Shown: positions 15,166-26,626 of the stretch, in pieces
How the letters are laid out: each line of letters opens with the position of its first letter
Position numbering within the stretch: the stretch's first letter is position 1
NCBI GenBank assembly: GCA_964016885.1
Contig: OZ024759.1
Location: 31,186,001 to 31,250,000 of the forward strand
Origin: Eledone cirrhosa
Lineage: Eukaryota
Length of the DNA stretch: 64,000 bases
Direction: 5' to 3'
Notes under the pieces: model-generated
Database searches by the model: none
The model's input: only the letters and a program-made list of their open reading frames with translations
Told to the model about the DNA's origin: nothing
Made by a program: the position numbers and the translations under genes

Positions 15166-15824
15166 CTAGCAGTAAAGCCCGGCGTTGCTCGGGGTCGCTC
15201 ACTAGCTGTGTTAAAGTTACAATGTTAAGTTTCTTTTTTGGCTTAAAGTCTCTCTGCACGACTGTCTGTCTGCACGCCTAACGAAATTTACAGATACATA
15301 TATTTTAAATAAACTTATATAATTTTTGCTTTTTTTTACGAAATATTTGCTTGTTTTACGTAGTCTTTAAATAAACTTGTTTTCAAGTAAAAATATTGTT
15401 TTAAAAGGCTTTTAAATGGAAATGAAGCAAAACGGAAGCTTAGTGTTCGAACTGATGAATTTTGCAGGTCAAAATTTTGCTGGCTCGACAACTGTTCGTG
15501 TATTGTGTTAATGTCATTTTAAACGCTGAGAAAGCCAGCGTAATTTTTTTAATTTTGCACGCAGAAAATGTAAACAGAACGTAAGACGCTCAATGTAAAC
15601 AGAACAAAGGGAAATAACTCGTCACTTACGCTCAAAAATCGATACATTAGATTCGATTTCGTCACATAGGGTGGGTCAATTTGAAATATTTTTTTTCCGA
15701 TGTCTTCGCTAGGGCTCAATGTACAAGTATAACAATTTCGGTGCAATTCCGTCAGAGATTCTAAGAGGAGATGTGTGCCAAAAATCGATAGACAGACAGA
15801 CAACCACAGCTTTATATATATAGA
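15166..15824 (-). mobile_element. Non-autonomous Helitron
   Basis: Minus strand starts A|TCTATATATATAAAG and ends with hairpin CCCGAGCAACGCCGGG then CTAG|T. Confidence 0.8.
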
Positions 15825-15949
15825 TTACTAACTGAAAGTTTGTTGATGTTTTTTTTTCTAATTAAATATTTTAGTTCATCATAGTCATCATCACTTTCTT
15901 CTTATTTTTATTATTATTATTATTATTATTATCATTATTATTATTATTA

Positions 15950-16330
15950 TTTAACTATTTCCTGGGGAAAGAGTCCTCAAACACTCTTTGCAGAGGGTCA
16001 TGTGAGAAGCAACCATCTCTAACTGATCCAGCTGGATCCATAAACAAGACCAGCCATGCTCGTGAATGTTAGCCAGCCATCTTGCTTGGGGTCTACTCCA
16101 GGGTCTCCTGCCAGTTGGTTTTGCCCGTAAAATCTGTCCAGCAATTCTTTCCTGAGACATTCTAACCACATGCCCATAGTATCGCAGTTGTGATCTCTCA
16201 ATTCAGAGAAGTAATGACTCTATCTGGAGTGATTCTCTGATCTTCGAGCTATCCACTTTATCGAGTAAATTTATTCTAAAGACTCTTTGAAGGAACCCCA
16301 TTTCTTCTGCTCGTATTCCCAAATGTATTT
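15950..16330 (-). mobile_element. RTE-clade LINE 3' fragment (family B)
   Basis: VRMSQERIAGQILRAKPTGRRPWSRPQARW, (TAA)n tail. Confidence 0.8.
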
Positions 16331-16577
16331 TTTAGTTATAAGTTGGAATTCTTAAATGCACGCTTAAATGCACATACATACACATTTCTACAGAAACAAG
16401 CTAAACTAGATAAATATAGAAACTATGTAAAATGATAGCTGTAACATGATGAGGTCTGTCATCTCCATGCCAGTTATTGGAATAGGTTGATTGTTGTTTT
16501 AAGGAGACTGAGGCATTGCTTTGAAGAACCTCTTTTAATTTATTCTAGCAGATCAACCACCGAGTTCATAAAAAAGA

Positions 16578-16608
<31 letters not shown>

Positions 16609-16639
16609 CACCACACACACACAGATACACACATTCTAT

Positions 16640-17230
16640 CAGGAACTCCTCTGGGGTTCTTCTCATTGAAGAGAAGTCAATCATTGCAAAGTGGAGAGAA
16701 TTGCAAAGTGGAGAGAATACTTTGTGGATCTACAAAATCCAATTACAGCGACATATTCTAATATATATGGTGTGTATCTAAAGGCAAAAACTAACCTTTT
16801 GAACGTTGAGGTCACAAGAGCAATGAAAGGGCTCAAATGTAGTAAAATCTTGGGGGGAAAATGCAATTCAACCTGAGAAGTTCAACGCCTTAGTGGAGGT
16901 ATGCTGAGGGTGATTTGTGTATAGCACCAAAATAATGGTAATTGCGACTGATAATCTTAAAAAGAGAGCTTGCATTCACACTTTAGCATTTACATTACTC
17001 TATATTTACTATTGTATTTTTGTGGTAAAGGCTTTATCTTACATAATTATCTCACATAATATAAAATCTACGAGATTTTGATTTTATTTATTTTGAGAAC
17101 TATACCTTAATGTAGGTGTGAGTGGCCAGTTACAGCCAGTTTGAGCAGAAAGAGGTGAGGGAGTTCTGGCCAGATATGACTGGTTTAAATGCTAAAGGGT
17201 TAATTATAGAGGAATTTCTTTGATAACCCC
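16640..17230 (+). pseudogene. Decayed LINE RT fragment split by a MITE
   Basis: KWREYFVDLQNP...EVTRAMKGLK...; NYRGIS resumes right after the MITE. Confidence 0.6.
16979..17199 (+). mobile_element. piggyBac-type MITE
   Basis: Family body and TAAATGCTAAAGGG-TTAA end. Confidence 0.85.
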
Positions 17231-18573
17231 CAAATAATTCCCCGGAGAGATAAAAGATAAAGTTGACCTCAGTTAACTTCAAATTCCAAAAGAAAACAGC
17301 TGAACCAAATACAACAAAGAATATTCTCTAAAACTCTACCGATTCTGCCTATCCACCACACTTAATTTCGCAACTTAACACCATTGTTAGTGGAAAGAAT
17401 CAATCAGGAAAACTGGACAGCAGAAGCTTTTCAGAGAAGAAAACACCCCCTCATGCATTTTTTTTTTTTTTGCCCTTATCCTCTTACACTCTAAGGAAAC
17501 TGGGTAGCACTCAAGTTACGAGTCATGGGTGCCTTTCTTGATATTTTTTAGTCACTTGGATATCGGAGATTTGTGTATTTAGACTGTATGGACATTTTGT
17601 TGACAAGATCTAGCTGGAACTCTTCTCCACTGTAGCTGCTTTCAAACATATGTTTAAAAGCTTTCTTAAAAAAAAGAGTGTTTAAATATATATTACAGCA
17701 TTAATGGAGGTTTCAAGATCTCACTGGAATATCTTTATATATAAAAGCTTTCTGTTTCAAGAAAGTCTTTAAATATATATTACAGCATTAATGGAGATTA
17801 CAACACACCATGGTTTATATTAAGGAATCTATCAACTCACCTTCTTGAAAGCATGAAGATAATAGTGTTTCCAATCGTTAAATAGCTGTTTCATGCTTGA
17901 TTTCCTGTTATAGGTTCACTTACTCAGATATATCATCTTCCTGTATGAAGAAGAAAATATATACATTAGAAAACGTTATCAGAACGGATGAATAAAGAAC
18001 AAAAAAATATGTCCACTCCAACAAACAAATTTCTGCGGTTGACCTCCTAGAAATAACATTCAATTCACCTATAAATTCTATCAGTAAAAGTTAATAAACA
18101 TTTTCTTTGATATATGGCTGAGTGAATACTCATGTGTGTCTTTTTCTCATGTTTTCCCTTTTCATTCCTCTTCTCACTCTTTATTTTTTTATTTCATCTT
18201 TTATTTCTAATTCTATGTTCTGGTGAAGGACTAGTGTCCGAAACGTTACGACACTTTTCCCATTTTTGAAGCTTTAAACTAATATATTTCTTCATTGTAT
18301 TGTCGTTTGCCTAATTTTTATATATATATATATATAATAAAAAGGACGATTTGTTAGGTCTTCATTACGTTTGTTGAGTAGTGACACGTGTTTCGCTATT
18401 GATCAGCTCATGGTTCGATCTGTATAGATCTGGCCCGACTCTGGAACTAAAAGCTTGTTGGACTTCTGTTATGAATTCCTGGCAACATGAATGGACTTGT
18501 TATTTTTATTCTAAAGACATTTTTTCCAATTCCACGCCGCCCGTCCCTTCAATCTATCTAATTTCTCATTGTT

Positions 18574-18609
18574 TCTTCTGATGAAGGACTAGCGTCCGAA
18601 ACGTTAAGA
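18574..18609 (+). ncRNA. Minimal type-I hammerhead ribozyme motif (degenerate paralog at 18216-18250)
   Basis: TCTT-CTGATGA-A-GGAC-TAGC-GTCC-GAAA-CG-TT-AAGA; paralog reads CTGGTGA-A-GGAC-TAGT-GTCC-GAAACGTT. Confidence 0.8.
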
Positions 18610-18969
18610 CCCTCTTCCAGCTATTTCAAGCATTAACCTAATATGTTCCTTCCATATACTGTACCGATTGTGTTGTTATTTCTGTTTACCCTTTACATAC
18701 ATATATATATATATATATATACCCACATGTATGTATACACACACACGCACATATATAGAGATAGATATATAATCTATTTTTAGAAACTTTAAGCAGATAT
18801 GTATTTATTGAAATTTAACAATTTAACAGAGTCAGGAGCTTCAATGTATTCTTTTGACTATGAAATACAGGCTGACAAATTGAACATAAAAGGCCTTAAT
18901 AGAAGAAAGTTGAAAGTGTCCCATGGGTGTTGTTTTGAATATTAATGGAAGAAAACTAATCTAATAAGA

Positions 18970-19075
18970 GAATCAGTGAATGAAAGAGAGGAAAGAATCA
19001 GTGAATGAAAGAGAGGAAGGAATCAGTGAATGAAAGAGAGGAAAGAATCAGTGAATGAAAGAGAGGAAGGAATCA
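18970..19075. repeat. 25-bp tandem repeat x4
   Basis: GAATCAGTGAATGAAAGAGAGGAAR. Confidence 0.95.
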
Positions 19076-19744
19076 TGGTGGTGAATACAGCACATTAATG
19101 CCATACCTTACAAACCATTGATCGTAATGTTTCGTTTTCACGTCAATTTTTAATTATAAAATCCTTTTTTCTTCAGAGATATTTCACTGGACTTATGGTT
19201 TGAGAAAATGATAAATGAGGATAATGATGTAGGATGTTACACACACCCACTATATATATATATATGAAACATATATAACTTTGAAAACCATACAATCCAT
19301 TAGAAAGAAAATCAAGATTGCTAAGATAACAAAAGAATCTTACCTTAGCATATATATATATATATATTGTTATATTTGGGGAGAGTCATATTGTTATAAT
19401 ATGACTCTCCCCAAATATAACAATATATATATATATGCTAAGGTAAGATTCTTTTGTTATCTTAGCAATCTTGATTTTCTTTCTAATGGATTGTATGGTT
19501 TTCAAAGTTATATATGTTTCATATATATAGATATAGTGGGTGTGTGTAACATCCTACATCATTATCCTCATTTATCATTTTCTTAAACCATAAGTCCAGT
19601 GAAATATCTCTGAAGAAAAAAGGATTTTATAATTAAAAATTGACGTGAAAACGAAAGATTACTATCAATGGTTTGTAAGGTATGGCATTAATGTGCTGTA
19701 TTCACCACCATGATTCCTTCCTCTCTTTCATTCACTGATTCCTT
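19042..19744. repeat. ~700-bp near-perfect palindrome (fold-back inverted duplication)
   Basis: Arms match base for base with few mismatches; centre ~19395 with only a few unpaired nt. Confidence 0.95.
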
Positions 19745-19871
19745 ATTCACCTGCTTATATTGTTATAATATTGCCAGAAATATATAATAAACACACTCAC
19801 TCTTTGGTTTGGGTTGGTTTTCGCTTCCGTACAACAAAACTTAAGTTCAAAATATATCATATTATAATATA

Positions 19872-20680
19872 CTAGCAGCAGTACCCAGCGTTGCCTGAGT
19901 AGGTAAAATAATATCTGCTTTGATGAAAAGGTGTTGATCTTAGCGACTGCTTCTCGATGACTCATCTATGGCCACACACAGAGGGAGGATGGTGATGACC
20001 TCTATCACTGAGAAACGCAGGTGACTGACGAAGTGGCATGCTGGGGGATAGAGTTTCGAATTTGAACAAAATTGGTTGAAAAATGTGGGAGCTAGAGCCG
20101 AAAAGGCGGAAATTTGAGCGAAAAGGTGGTATTTTCAAATATTTAAGCGGCTGCCACGCCGTTCCTGAACAAAAAATCCAAAATGTAGAGCCACTTTAAG
20201 ACGTGAAATAATCAGATCTAGCGTAGTGTAAAATTTGAACAAAGTAGGTTGATTAATGTGGGAGCTAAAGCAGAAAAAGTGGAAATTTGAGTCTAAAAGT
20301 GGTATTTTTGAATATTTAAGCAGCTGCCATGCCGTCCCTGAACAACAAATGCAAAATATAAAGCCATTAGAGGATGTGCAATGATAAATTCTATTTTGCT
20401 TTAAAATTTGAATGAAATCGGTGGCAAAATGTGGGAGCTAGAGCCAAAAATCTTATTTTTCGATACCTAGAAAAAGGTGACCCCCCCCATCGATTTTTAT
20501 CTGCAGAATGACCCCGGAATAAAAAAAAAAAAACGATACGCTGATATATAGAAAACACTTCCCTATGACTAATCTATGAGCCTGTAAAGTTTCATGAAAA
20601 TCGGTCGTAAGATGTAGGGCCCCTATAGGTAATACACAGACACACACATACACACATACTTCATTTTATATATATACAGA
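19872..20680 (-). mobile_element. Non-autonomous Helitron with internal ~175-bp tandem repeats
   Basis: Minus 5' TCTGTATATATATAAAATG; 3' degenerate hairpin plus CTAG|T, termini like 15166-15824; repeats at ~20055-20450. Confidence 0.75.
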
Positions 20681-21047
20681 TTACATTATATTATATCATA
20701 TTTTAATAAATATGGGCGGTGGATTGGCAGTATCAGTAGAGGGTGATACTGAAATAATAATAATAATAATGAAATTATTGTGTATAGTGCTCAGGTGCAC
20801 TAAAACTCATCAAAGGTGCATGTATAGTACATAGAATAATTGTTTCTACTTTTGGCACAAGGCCAGCAATAACCCAGTGCATTACTGGTACTTTATTTTA
20901 TCAACCCCGTAAGGATGAAAGCAAAGCTAACCTCGGCGGGATTTGAACTCAGAATGGTAAGGGCTGTAACTCTATGCGTCAAAGCATGGCGTCCGACCCT
21001 CTACCAATACTGCCAATGTCAGGAAAGTGAACAGTGTATGAGTCATG

Positions 21048-21109
<62 letters not shown>

Positions 21110-22409
21110 AGGGGAGATATCAGGTGTAATGTTGGTGAATTTTAGGAAGCATGGAGGTTTTATATTATATCATATATATTATATGGGAAACAAGGTTGTG
21201 TATGCTACATGGGTAGAAATATAAAGATAAAGATAAAGAAAAGAAGTTGGAAATGAAATGCCACTTTTATTATAACTTTACGAACTTCACCGTTTCATCA
21301 TCGGCATAATGTTCATGTAGTATGAATGGTGTAACTACTTGTGGAAGTATTTTTGGCAATGGAGAATTTGGAAGTGTTTGAAATATTATGTGAAAATTTA
21401 CTGAATTATCCTATTTCATTCATTTAACAAGATTATTATAAGCTGATATGGTGTAGAATTGCCACTTGCATATTTTATGCAATATTCCACTGTGTGTAAG
21501 CTAAGGATAGTGATAGTATATTGATAGGATACACACCTATTCATAGATATATAATTATATTAGAGGCATTTGGGAGCCTGTAATGAATATCAATAACAGT
21601 TGAGTTTAAACAGATTATCACATTTCATACAACAGGATGAATTATTATAAACCTAATACCTTGTAATTTACAGCCTGTATTCTGTGACGCAATGGCGTGG
21701 TGGCTTTAGTTATCATTCGTATATTAGGGCAGCAAGAGTGTAAGAAAATTGGAATTCTTAAAGTAGGCAGTCAAAATAATTTACTGTGGTCATCGCATCT
21801 TCATTGAATATTCTGCTTGTCAGGAACTTACAACAATTTTATTTCATTCTATAACAGGTTAATATATATTAAATAAATTGACGAATTTTGCCCTATTCGT
21901 TTAATGATTTGGATTCGTAAGTTAGAGGTAGATTCAGAGGTAGCAATATATTTATGTTTAGGTTAACTTTCACAGCAATTACGATATGTCGTTCAATTGG
22001 CAGAGTTGTTAGAACATCAGATAGAAGGATTTGCGGTATCTGTTTCAGCTCTTTGCTCTCTCAGATCAAAATCCACCTAAGTCATGTTGGGCCTTTCATC
22101 CTTTCAAGGATGACAAAAAAGTACCAGTCTATTAATGGGGTCGATCCTCCCTCTATATCACTTTCTTACTTCCTCTCTATCCTTCTCTATAAGAAATCTG
22201 CAGTATTCAGACCTGGAGAGGGATGAACTCCGCAAGACTTTAAATACCCAAGAAACCCCATACGGCACTACGGCACCCCTACCACTCCAACAGGAGTATG
22301 TGACCATAACATGCCATAAATTTTAAAGACAAGATTTCAAATATATATATGAACATATAATTTGGAAAAATATTAAATATAAGTTAGTTCCATGTGCTGT
22401 GATAAGATT

Positions 22410-22655
22410 ATCTTAACCTTATAAAACCCCCGCCTAAGAACATCCTACTTGATAAAAATCTCACAAATAAAATATTTCCATATTCAACTATAAATAATAA
22501 CGCAAACCCTACCGCTCCATATTCAACATTAAATCCAGAAACTAATTTAGGCTTACCTTCCACAAAATCAAAAGGTGCTCGATGTGTTTCAGCAATAGTA
22601 GAAAGCACCCATATTATAAACATTAAAAAAATTAATAAAAAAGATCCAACAAAAA
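22410..22655 (-). pseudogene. nad1: NUMT: mitochondrial NADH dehydrogenase subunit 1 fragment
   Basis: AETHRAPFDFVEGKPKLVSGFNVEYGAVGFALLF.VEYGNILF matches the ND1 motif AET(N/H)RAPFDF.EGESELVSGFNVEY, with GESE changed to GKPK. Confidence 0.93.
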
Positions 22656-23183
22656 GTTTGTTTGATTTGTTCATGGTATGCTCAGTCACTTTCAAGTTGA
22701 TTTCATGAACAGCAGGCTCGAACAACAAGAACACTTGTAGTTGAAAATGAGAGGTGGGACCTAACAACCACAACAGCAACATCAATAACAACCACAACAA
22801 CAACACATTGTAATAGAAATCTGCTGTGATTAAACCTCAAAACAAGATGAGATTTTCTGGTAAGACTCATACATGAGACTTTCAGTTGCATCTCTACTTG
22901 AGATTACACATCATTAATTATAAACCAACTTTAAAGAGAAGACAGTATAAGTCACGTTTCGTCTTTTCTTCCACATCGTTAGACTTGTCAACTCACAACT
23001 TAAATATCATATATTATAATATATTCAGAGGGGATTAATACAAGAGACCAACTTTCACAGGTTTATTGTATAGTCGTTCATCATATTGAACATAAAACCA
23101 GTTATTAATTTCAATTGCAACTAATGACAGCCTGTATCTATAGAGGTCACTGTTATATATATATTCACACACATATTAAACAT

Positions 23184-23270
<87 letters not shown>

Positions 23271-23272
<2 letters not shown>

Positions 23273-23453
23273 TTAATATAGAAATAGCTTCTACAGGACT
23301 AGAACTGTTTCATTCAAAAGAAATCATCAGGAAATTGAATGAAACAGTTCTAGTTCTGCACAAGCCCTTTCTATATTAAACTTGATGTTTACACTCTACT
23401 AATGCATTGAGTACCTTGCTAACTGTGGTTACCACCGATTGAACCCAGGACTC
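23271..23453 (+). mobile_element. HHR-like hairpin insert in (TA)n; family also at ~39700-39865 and ~46430-46560
   Basis: Arms 23271-23317/23335-23381 plus tail; minus strand CTGATGA-TTTC-TTTT-GAAT-GAAA-CAGTTC; stem I not evident. Confidence 0.6.
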
Positions 23454-23716
23454 ACACACACACATACATACATATATATATATGTAGAGAATAGAAAACG
23501 AAAGATCAGTGATGCATCTGAACTCAATTTATTGTGTGTTACAATTGTTTCCCTGGCGGACAGCTCGAGATGCGATCATTGTGTGGATCTGTCTGATTCG
23601 GGACCCGCAGGTTCGACGGACACGTCTAATGATTTCGGAGCATATTCTCTATATATAAGCAAGTACTGCACCAAGAAAAATAAAATGTCGACGTGAAGCA
23701 GATTATGAATTTATTT

Positions 23717-23823
23717 ACTTTAACATATGTTTCTATGTCTATTATAATTGTCTACATATGCTGACTACAATATATATTGTTCAATCATATGCAATACTTA
23801 TTCATTACACCTCATTAGAAATC
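23717..23823 (-). ncRNA. Degenerate type-I hammerhead with ~80-nt stem II
   Basis: Minus: GATTT-CTAATGA-(long hairpin)-GAAA-CATATG-TT-AAAGT then AATAAA; G5 mutated to A. Confidence 0.55.
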
Positions 23824-23894
23824 TTATAGTAATGGGATTCGACTGTACATCACGAAGCAGAATTCAGTAATATAGATATATATATATATATATA

Positions 23895-24047
23895 TTTCGT
23901 TTCTGAATTTGTTTAGCAAGATTCTTTATCTGAAATCGTGTGTTGAAACCGATATTGTTATACTTTGGGAGGGTCATGTTGCCAATATTGAAGTGAAAGC
24001 AACTGGTGCGTGTGTTTCTTATTGGCAACATGACCCTCCCAAAGTAT

Positions 24048-24055
<8 letters not shown>
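23895..24055 (-). mobile_element. Short hairpin-plus-tail copy of the family at 62218-62834
   Basis: 36-bp arms 23952-23987/24020-24055 (ATTGTTATACTTTGGGAGGGTCAT); tail homologous to 62786-62834. Confidence 0.75.
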
Positions 24056-24078
<23 letters not shown>

Positions 24079-24109
24079 CATGTGGTGTGCATGTAGTATG
24101 TCTGCTGGG

Positions 24110-24320
24110 TAAAGAAGTACCAAGAAATTCCAGTAGAAGAAAGATGCAGTAGAGGAAGACCACGAAAAACATGGGTGGAGGTGGTGAGAGCAGACCTCAG
24201 ATCACTGAAGCTCATGGAGGAGATGACGAAGGAGCGTGACAAGTGGAGAGATGGTGTTCTGAATAGGACCTGCCCCACCTTGCAGGCAGAGGAAAGAGGA
24301 CGTAAAATAATAATGATTAT
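24110..24320 (+). mobile_element. RTE LINE 3' end
   Basis: RGRPRKTWVEVVRADLRSLKLMEEMTKERDKWR plus GGACGTAAAA tail. Confidence 0.8.
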
Positions 24321-25527
24321 ATATATATATATATATATATAACAAAAGAGAATGATAGAATAAAGATCTCATCTCATTTAATGCTTTACAATCATTCAGT
24401 CAGACTGAATTCAGGAAATGGAATAAAGTTATGTACATGTGTATAAAAGGAAGGAATGCAAAAAGTACAAAAATAAAATAAAACACATGTTGATTAACAT
24501 AACTGATTTACTTTGGCCTGTTGAAAACTATGCAATGATTAAAAACAAAATTTGATGTTGAAGATATCTATGACCAGGGGAAATGATATGAATGAAATGA
24601 GAGTATTTTCAGTAAATTTAAATGGGAATATTTCTCTTATCAAAATATAGATAATGACCAAATATTTGTGTTTTAAATTAGATAGATGGAAACTGTTTTT
24701 AAAAAATCCAGCCAAATCATCGCATGGCAGTAGTTCCAGCTGCATGCATCAAAATACTGGTGTAGTGGTTCTGAGAACAATGCGGCTTTGCAGATGATCA
24801 ATGCAAATTGATAATGGAAAGGTGCTCCCACTCAAGTTAGAAGAGAACTATTGACCTTCAGCAGAAGCAGTGACCCCTGATTGTATTCAGCAACCGAAAC
24901 AAATATGAAGTACACCAAATCCAATGTTCCTAGGGGCGGCCCTGGTTCTTCTTATTTGCGTGTGTAAACTCAGCGAGATTAGATTAGATTCAGATGGAGT
25001 GTACCAGTAATTTAAAGGGTTAACCTTTTCCAAATCACTTAAATGGTACACAAGTCTGTGTAAGGCTTAAGAATGAATACATTAATTTCACGAGCGAGCT
25101 GTTTTATTCGTTTTATTCATCGACAAACTGGAATAATCATCTTCGACATAGATGGAGGTAAATTCAACAAGATTTTAGACACCCCACTCTATTCCAACCC
25201 AGGCTATGAATGAGCTTGAGGATATGACCATCAACAATAAATCTAAATGCAGCATATTACATTCATGTTAAAGAAAAACATGATGAACTAACTTTAAATG
25301 AAGGAAGCCTCTCTTACGTTGGAATGTGTCATAGTGAAAAATCCTATTAGGAAACCTCCAAGGGGGATACAACATAAAATAATTCAAAGCTTTCTGAGCA
25401 GTAGAAGCACTTCTAGTTGGCAAACCTTCATCTGGATAAACAAAATATACATATATATACCTTCGATATTTGTAAGACCATTTGCATTAGATCGCACACA
25501 TGCACACATATATAAATATATATATAT

Positions 25528-25742
25528 ATAGGAACAAGTAGGACCCCGACGGCTGAGCTCAAGCCGTTTCGACGGCTAATTCTGTCCAGAATTAGCCGTC
25601 CAGCGTCCAGAATTAGCCGTCGAAACGGCTTGAGCTCAGCTGCCGGGGTCTTACTGGTTCCTATTACCCACTCTACTACCTCAAGTATTGAGTACTTTGG
25701 TGCGTTATGGTCCACCTGGTTCCTTACCACATTTCCTTCGTT
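25528..25742 (+). mobile_element. Hairpin-plus-tail insert in (TA)n; family also at 4705-4780, 37140-37222, 49627-49836, 50297-50480(-)
   Basis: Inverted arms ending at CCTAT; shared tail TACCCACTCTACTACCCTAAGTATTGAGTACTCTGGTGCGTTATGGTCCACCTGG. Confidence 0.8.
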
Positions 25743-25764
25743 ATATATATATATATATATGTCT

Positions 25765-25894
25765 TCATTTCTGAAAACAGCATGTATATGTGAAGGTATG
25801 TATATTTCCTCTGATAATTTGTAATATTTTTACATAGAACTATATGATATACCTACCAACACACATATACATCCTAGAAACGATCGTAAAATGA
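25765..25894 (+). ncRNA. Long-stem-II hammerhead motif, G8A variant
   Basis: TCATTT-CTGAAAA-(~100 nt hairpin)-GAAA-CGATCG-TA-AAATGA; paralog of 45510-45641. Confidence 0.6.
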
Positions 25895-25961
25895 TGAATA
25901 TTTTAATATAAGGAACTTGTTCTTTGTTTTTATTTCATTGTTTTTATTAATTTATATATAT

Positions 25962-26016
<55 letters not shown>

Positions 26017-26231
26017 GCTCCCAGTCCACACTGTCAATGTGGTTGGTGTTAGGAAGAGCCAAATAGTCCTATACAAGCGAGACAGAGTCACCTGACCAAT
26101 TTTGCCTCAAGTGGGGCAATTCCCATCTAACCCATACTAGTGTGGAAGATAGACGTTAAACGATAATGATGATGATGCTATATATACATGCAAGCAGGGA
26201 AAAGGGGACGTAAAATGATGATGATGATATA

Positions 26232-26568
26232 TCATCATCATCATTTTTACGTCCGCCTTTTCCCTGCTTGCAAGGGTGGGACGGGACTGATTCTGGCTTG
26301 AGTTCTACAGCTGTATGCCCTTCCTAACACCAACCTCATTTACAGTGAGTGTTGGGTGCTTTTTTGCTGTGGCACCTCAACGACCACTTTGCAGTGGAAT
26401 GATAGGGACCCCTGTTCCTATCATCTCATTTCTACAGCTGAGTAAACTGGAGCAATGTGAAATAAAGTGTCTTGCTGAAGGAAACAACACATCACTCGGT
26501 CTGAGAATTGAACTCACAACCTTTCGATTGCAAGGCCAATGCTCTAACCACTAAGACATGTGCCTCCA
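26232..26568 (-). mobile_element. tRNA-head SINE with RTE-type (TGA)n tail (family B)
   Basis: tRNA-like head with A/B boxes, core TCCTTGAGCAAGACACTT-like, tail GGACGTAAAA(TGA)n; copies at 4806-5055, 44806-45138, 50585-50865, 53850-54132(+). Confidence 0.9.
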
Positions 26569-26626
26569 TATATATATATACACACACACACACACACGCA
26601 CACACACACACACATACACACAGGGA

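Noticed and set aside
18970-19075. Short direct repeats as a CRISPR array (also 535-1045, 55800-55975)
   Set aside because: No unique spacers, no cas genes, eukaryotic context
19609-19665. CTGAAGA...CGAAA in the palindrome arms
   Set aside because: Stems unconvincing by eye
22945-22996. Second U3-A8 hammerhead (TTGACAA-GTCT..AGAC-GAAACGTG, minus)
   Set aside because: No valid UH cleavage site; at best a relic
26490-26568. tRNA gene
   Set aside because: tRNA-like SINE head attached to a repeated SINE body
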